Positions 57,987 through 58,857 of a stretch of 58,857 bases of DNA are shown here, piece by piece; positions within the stretch are counted from its first letter, which is position 1; every line of letters begins with the position of its first letter. The DNA is taken from the NCBI GenBank assembly GCA_964623775.1, contig CAZUVH010000002.1, positions 176,454-235,310 of the forward strand, in the 5' to 3' direction. This stretch comes from an uncultured Candidatus Saccharibacteria bacterium (GTDB lineage: Bacteria > Patescibacteriota > Minisyncoccia > Phycocordibacterales > UBA2100). The position numbers and the translations under genes are program-made. The notes under the pieces are model-generated. The model did no database searches and was not told where the DNA came from. It worked only from the letters and a program-made list of their open reading frames with translations.

Positions 57987-58856
57987 ATGAATAATACCAT
58001 AAACGATACTTTGAAATCGCTCGCCCCGTCGGAATTTCCGTCGCTTCTGAGGGAAATTCCGGGTGCACCGAAGCAGCTCCATGTGCGTGGAGAATTGCCC
58101 TCGTACGATCTGCACTGGCTCGCCGTCGTGGGATCACGTGCGCTCACGAGCTACGGCAAGCATGTCATCGAGTATTTAATTGAGGGTTTGCGTGGGTACC
58201 CGATCGTGATCGTCTCCGGACTCGCCTACGGCGCAGACGCCGAGGCTCACAAAGCTGCAATACGAGCCGGCTTGCCGACGGTCGCCGTGCCCGGCAGCGG
58301 GCTCGATTGGGACGTGCTCTACCCGCGTGCCAATGTTGGCCTCGCAAAAGAAATCCTGAAGTCAGGTGGCGCACTCCTCTCCGAATTCAAGCCCGACATG
58401 AAGGCGACGGACTACACGTTCCCTCAGCGCAATCGCGTGATGGCGGGCCTCTGCAAAGCGACCCTCATAATAGAGGCAAAAGAAAAATCAGGATCTCTTA
58501 TCACCGCACGCCTCGCTGCCGATTTCAACCGCGACGTACTTGTGGTGCCCGGACAGATCTTCAGTCCGGAGAGCAAGGGCACGCACCAATTCCTGCGCCT
58601 CGGCGCGACCGCGGTCACCTCACCTGAAGACATCCTGCAGGCGCTCGGAATTACTGCGCGAGATACCACGACGACGCTGCGTACCGATGTCTCCGATGAA
58701 GAAATGCGCGTACTCACCACAATCGCGACACCTCTCTCTCGCGACGAGCTGCTTCGTGAGCTTGATATGGAAATTCAGGAGGCCAACATTCTGCTTTCGA
58801 TGATGGAAATCAAGGGCCTCATCGTTGAGGAATTGGGCGTCGTCAGGGCCCGCTAG
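57987..58856 (+). CDS. dprA: DNA processing protein DprA (SMF family)
   Basis: 289 aa. LAVVGSRALTSYG, IVSGLAYGADAEAHKAA, FPQRNRVMAGL, KSGSLITARLAADFNRDVLVVPG. Confidence 0.9.
   Translation: MNNTINDTLKSLAPSEFPSLLREIPGAPKQLHVRGELPSYDLHWLAVVGSRALTSYGKHVIEYLIEGLRGYPIVIVSGLAYGADAEAHKAAIRAGLPTVAVPGSGLDWDVLYPRANVGLAKEILKSGGALLSEFKPDMKATDYTFPQRNRVMAGLCKATLIIEAKEKSGSLITARLAADFNRDVLVVPGQIFSPESKGTHQFLRLGATAVTSPEDILQALGITARDTTTTLRTDVSDEEMRVLTTIATPLSRDELLRELDMEIQEANILLSMMEIKGLIVEELGVVRAR
57991..57999 (-). promoter_or_regulatory. extended -10 (TGgTATTAT) 6 nt before the serS ATG, located inside dprA codons 2-5
   Basis: Minus strand reads TGGTATTAT, tcatga, ATG(57984). Confidence 0.5.
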
Positions 58857-58857
58857 A

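Noticed and set aside
1-58857. CRISPR arrays, cas genes, rRNA genes, reverse transcriptase/DGR components, integrases and prophage structural genes.
   Set aside because: All non-coding gaps are under 300 nt, and none shows regularly spaced direct repeats. No ORF showed RT (YxDD), integrase (R..HxxR..Y), Cas or capsid/terminase signatures on visual inspection. This needs an HMM search for certainty.
1-58857. Alternative genetic code (UGA recoded, as in some candidate phyla).
   Set aside because: Well-conserved proteins such as enolase, the glycerate kinase, the SET-domain protein and the YdeI-family protein terminate at TGA at the expected lengths. No conserved protein is interrupted by in-frame TGA. 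The standard bacterial code fits.

Overview
This 58.9-kb bacterial window is densely coded in the standard genetic code: conserved proteins end at TGA, TAA or TAG at their expected lengths. By inference only, the gene content resembles a small-genome uncultivated lineage of the Patescibacteria/CPR type: short dnaX, many tiny membrane proteins, and giant low-complexity surface proteins. I call about 75 CDS, one tRNA-Gln(UUG) with a decayed copy of its 3' half, one Y1 (IS200/RayT-like) transposase unit, about 25 hairpin terminators and a set of -10 promoter elements.

Recognisable content:
- IDH/IPMDH-family dehydrogenase and mqo.
- An ABC-2 exporter operon with ArsR, DUF1993 and LUD genes.
- A fused double GT2 with DedA.
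- An ABC-F protein.
- A sensor-less HWE kinase and a stand-alone receiver.
- A house-cleaning cluster (ATL, MazG, RdgB).
- A SET-domain protein.
- A translationally coupled chain of 2-hydroxyacid dehydrogenase, glycerate kinase, enolase and a minimal pyruvate kinase, next to gpmA and an alpha-glucan phosphorylase.
- dnaX, dus, ftsQ, serS and dprA.

Most notable unexplained signals:
1. A strong promoter-to-terminator unit of about 290 nt with no convincing ORF (15830-16154).
2. Three adjacent genes made of 12 copies of one helical module of about 60 aa (51813-54693).
3. A Y1 transposase bracketed by identical 28-nt hairpins.
4. A tRNA-Gln 3'-half duplication bracketing a small ORF.
5. Two paralogous proteins of about 85 aa flanking a membrane protein.
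6. A pervasive leaderless-mRNA promoter architecture, with the -10 hexamer ending exactly 6 nt before the ATG.

No CRISPR array, rRNA, reverse transcriptase or integrase was seen. All family calls rest on motifs read by eye; no database search was run.
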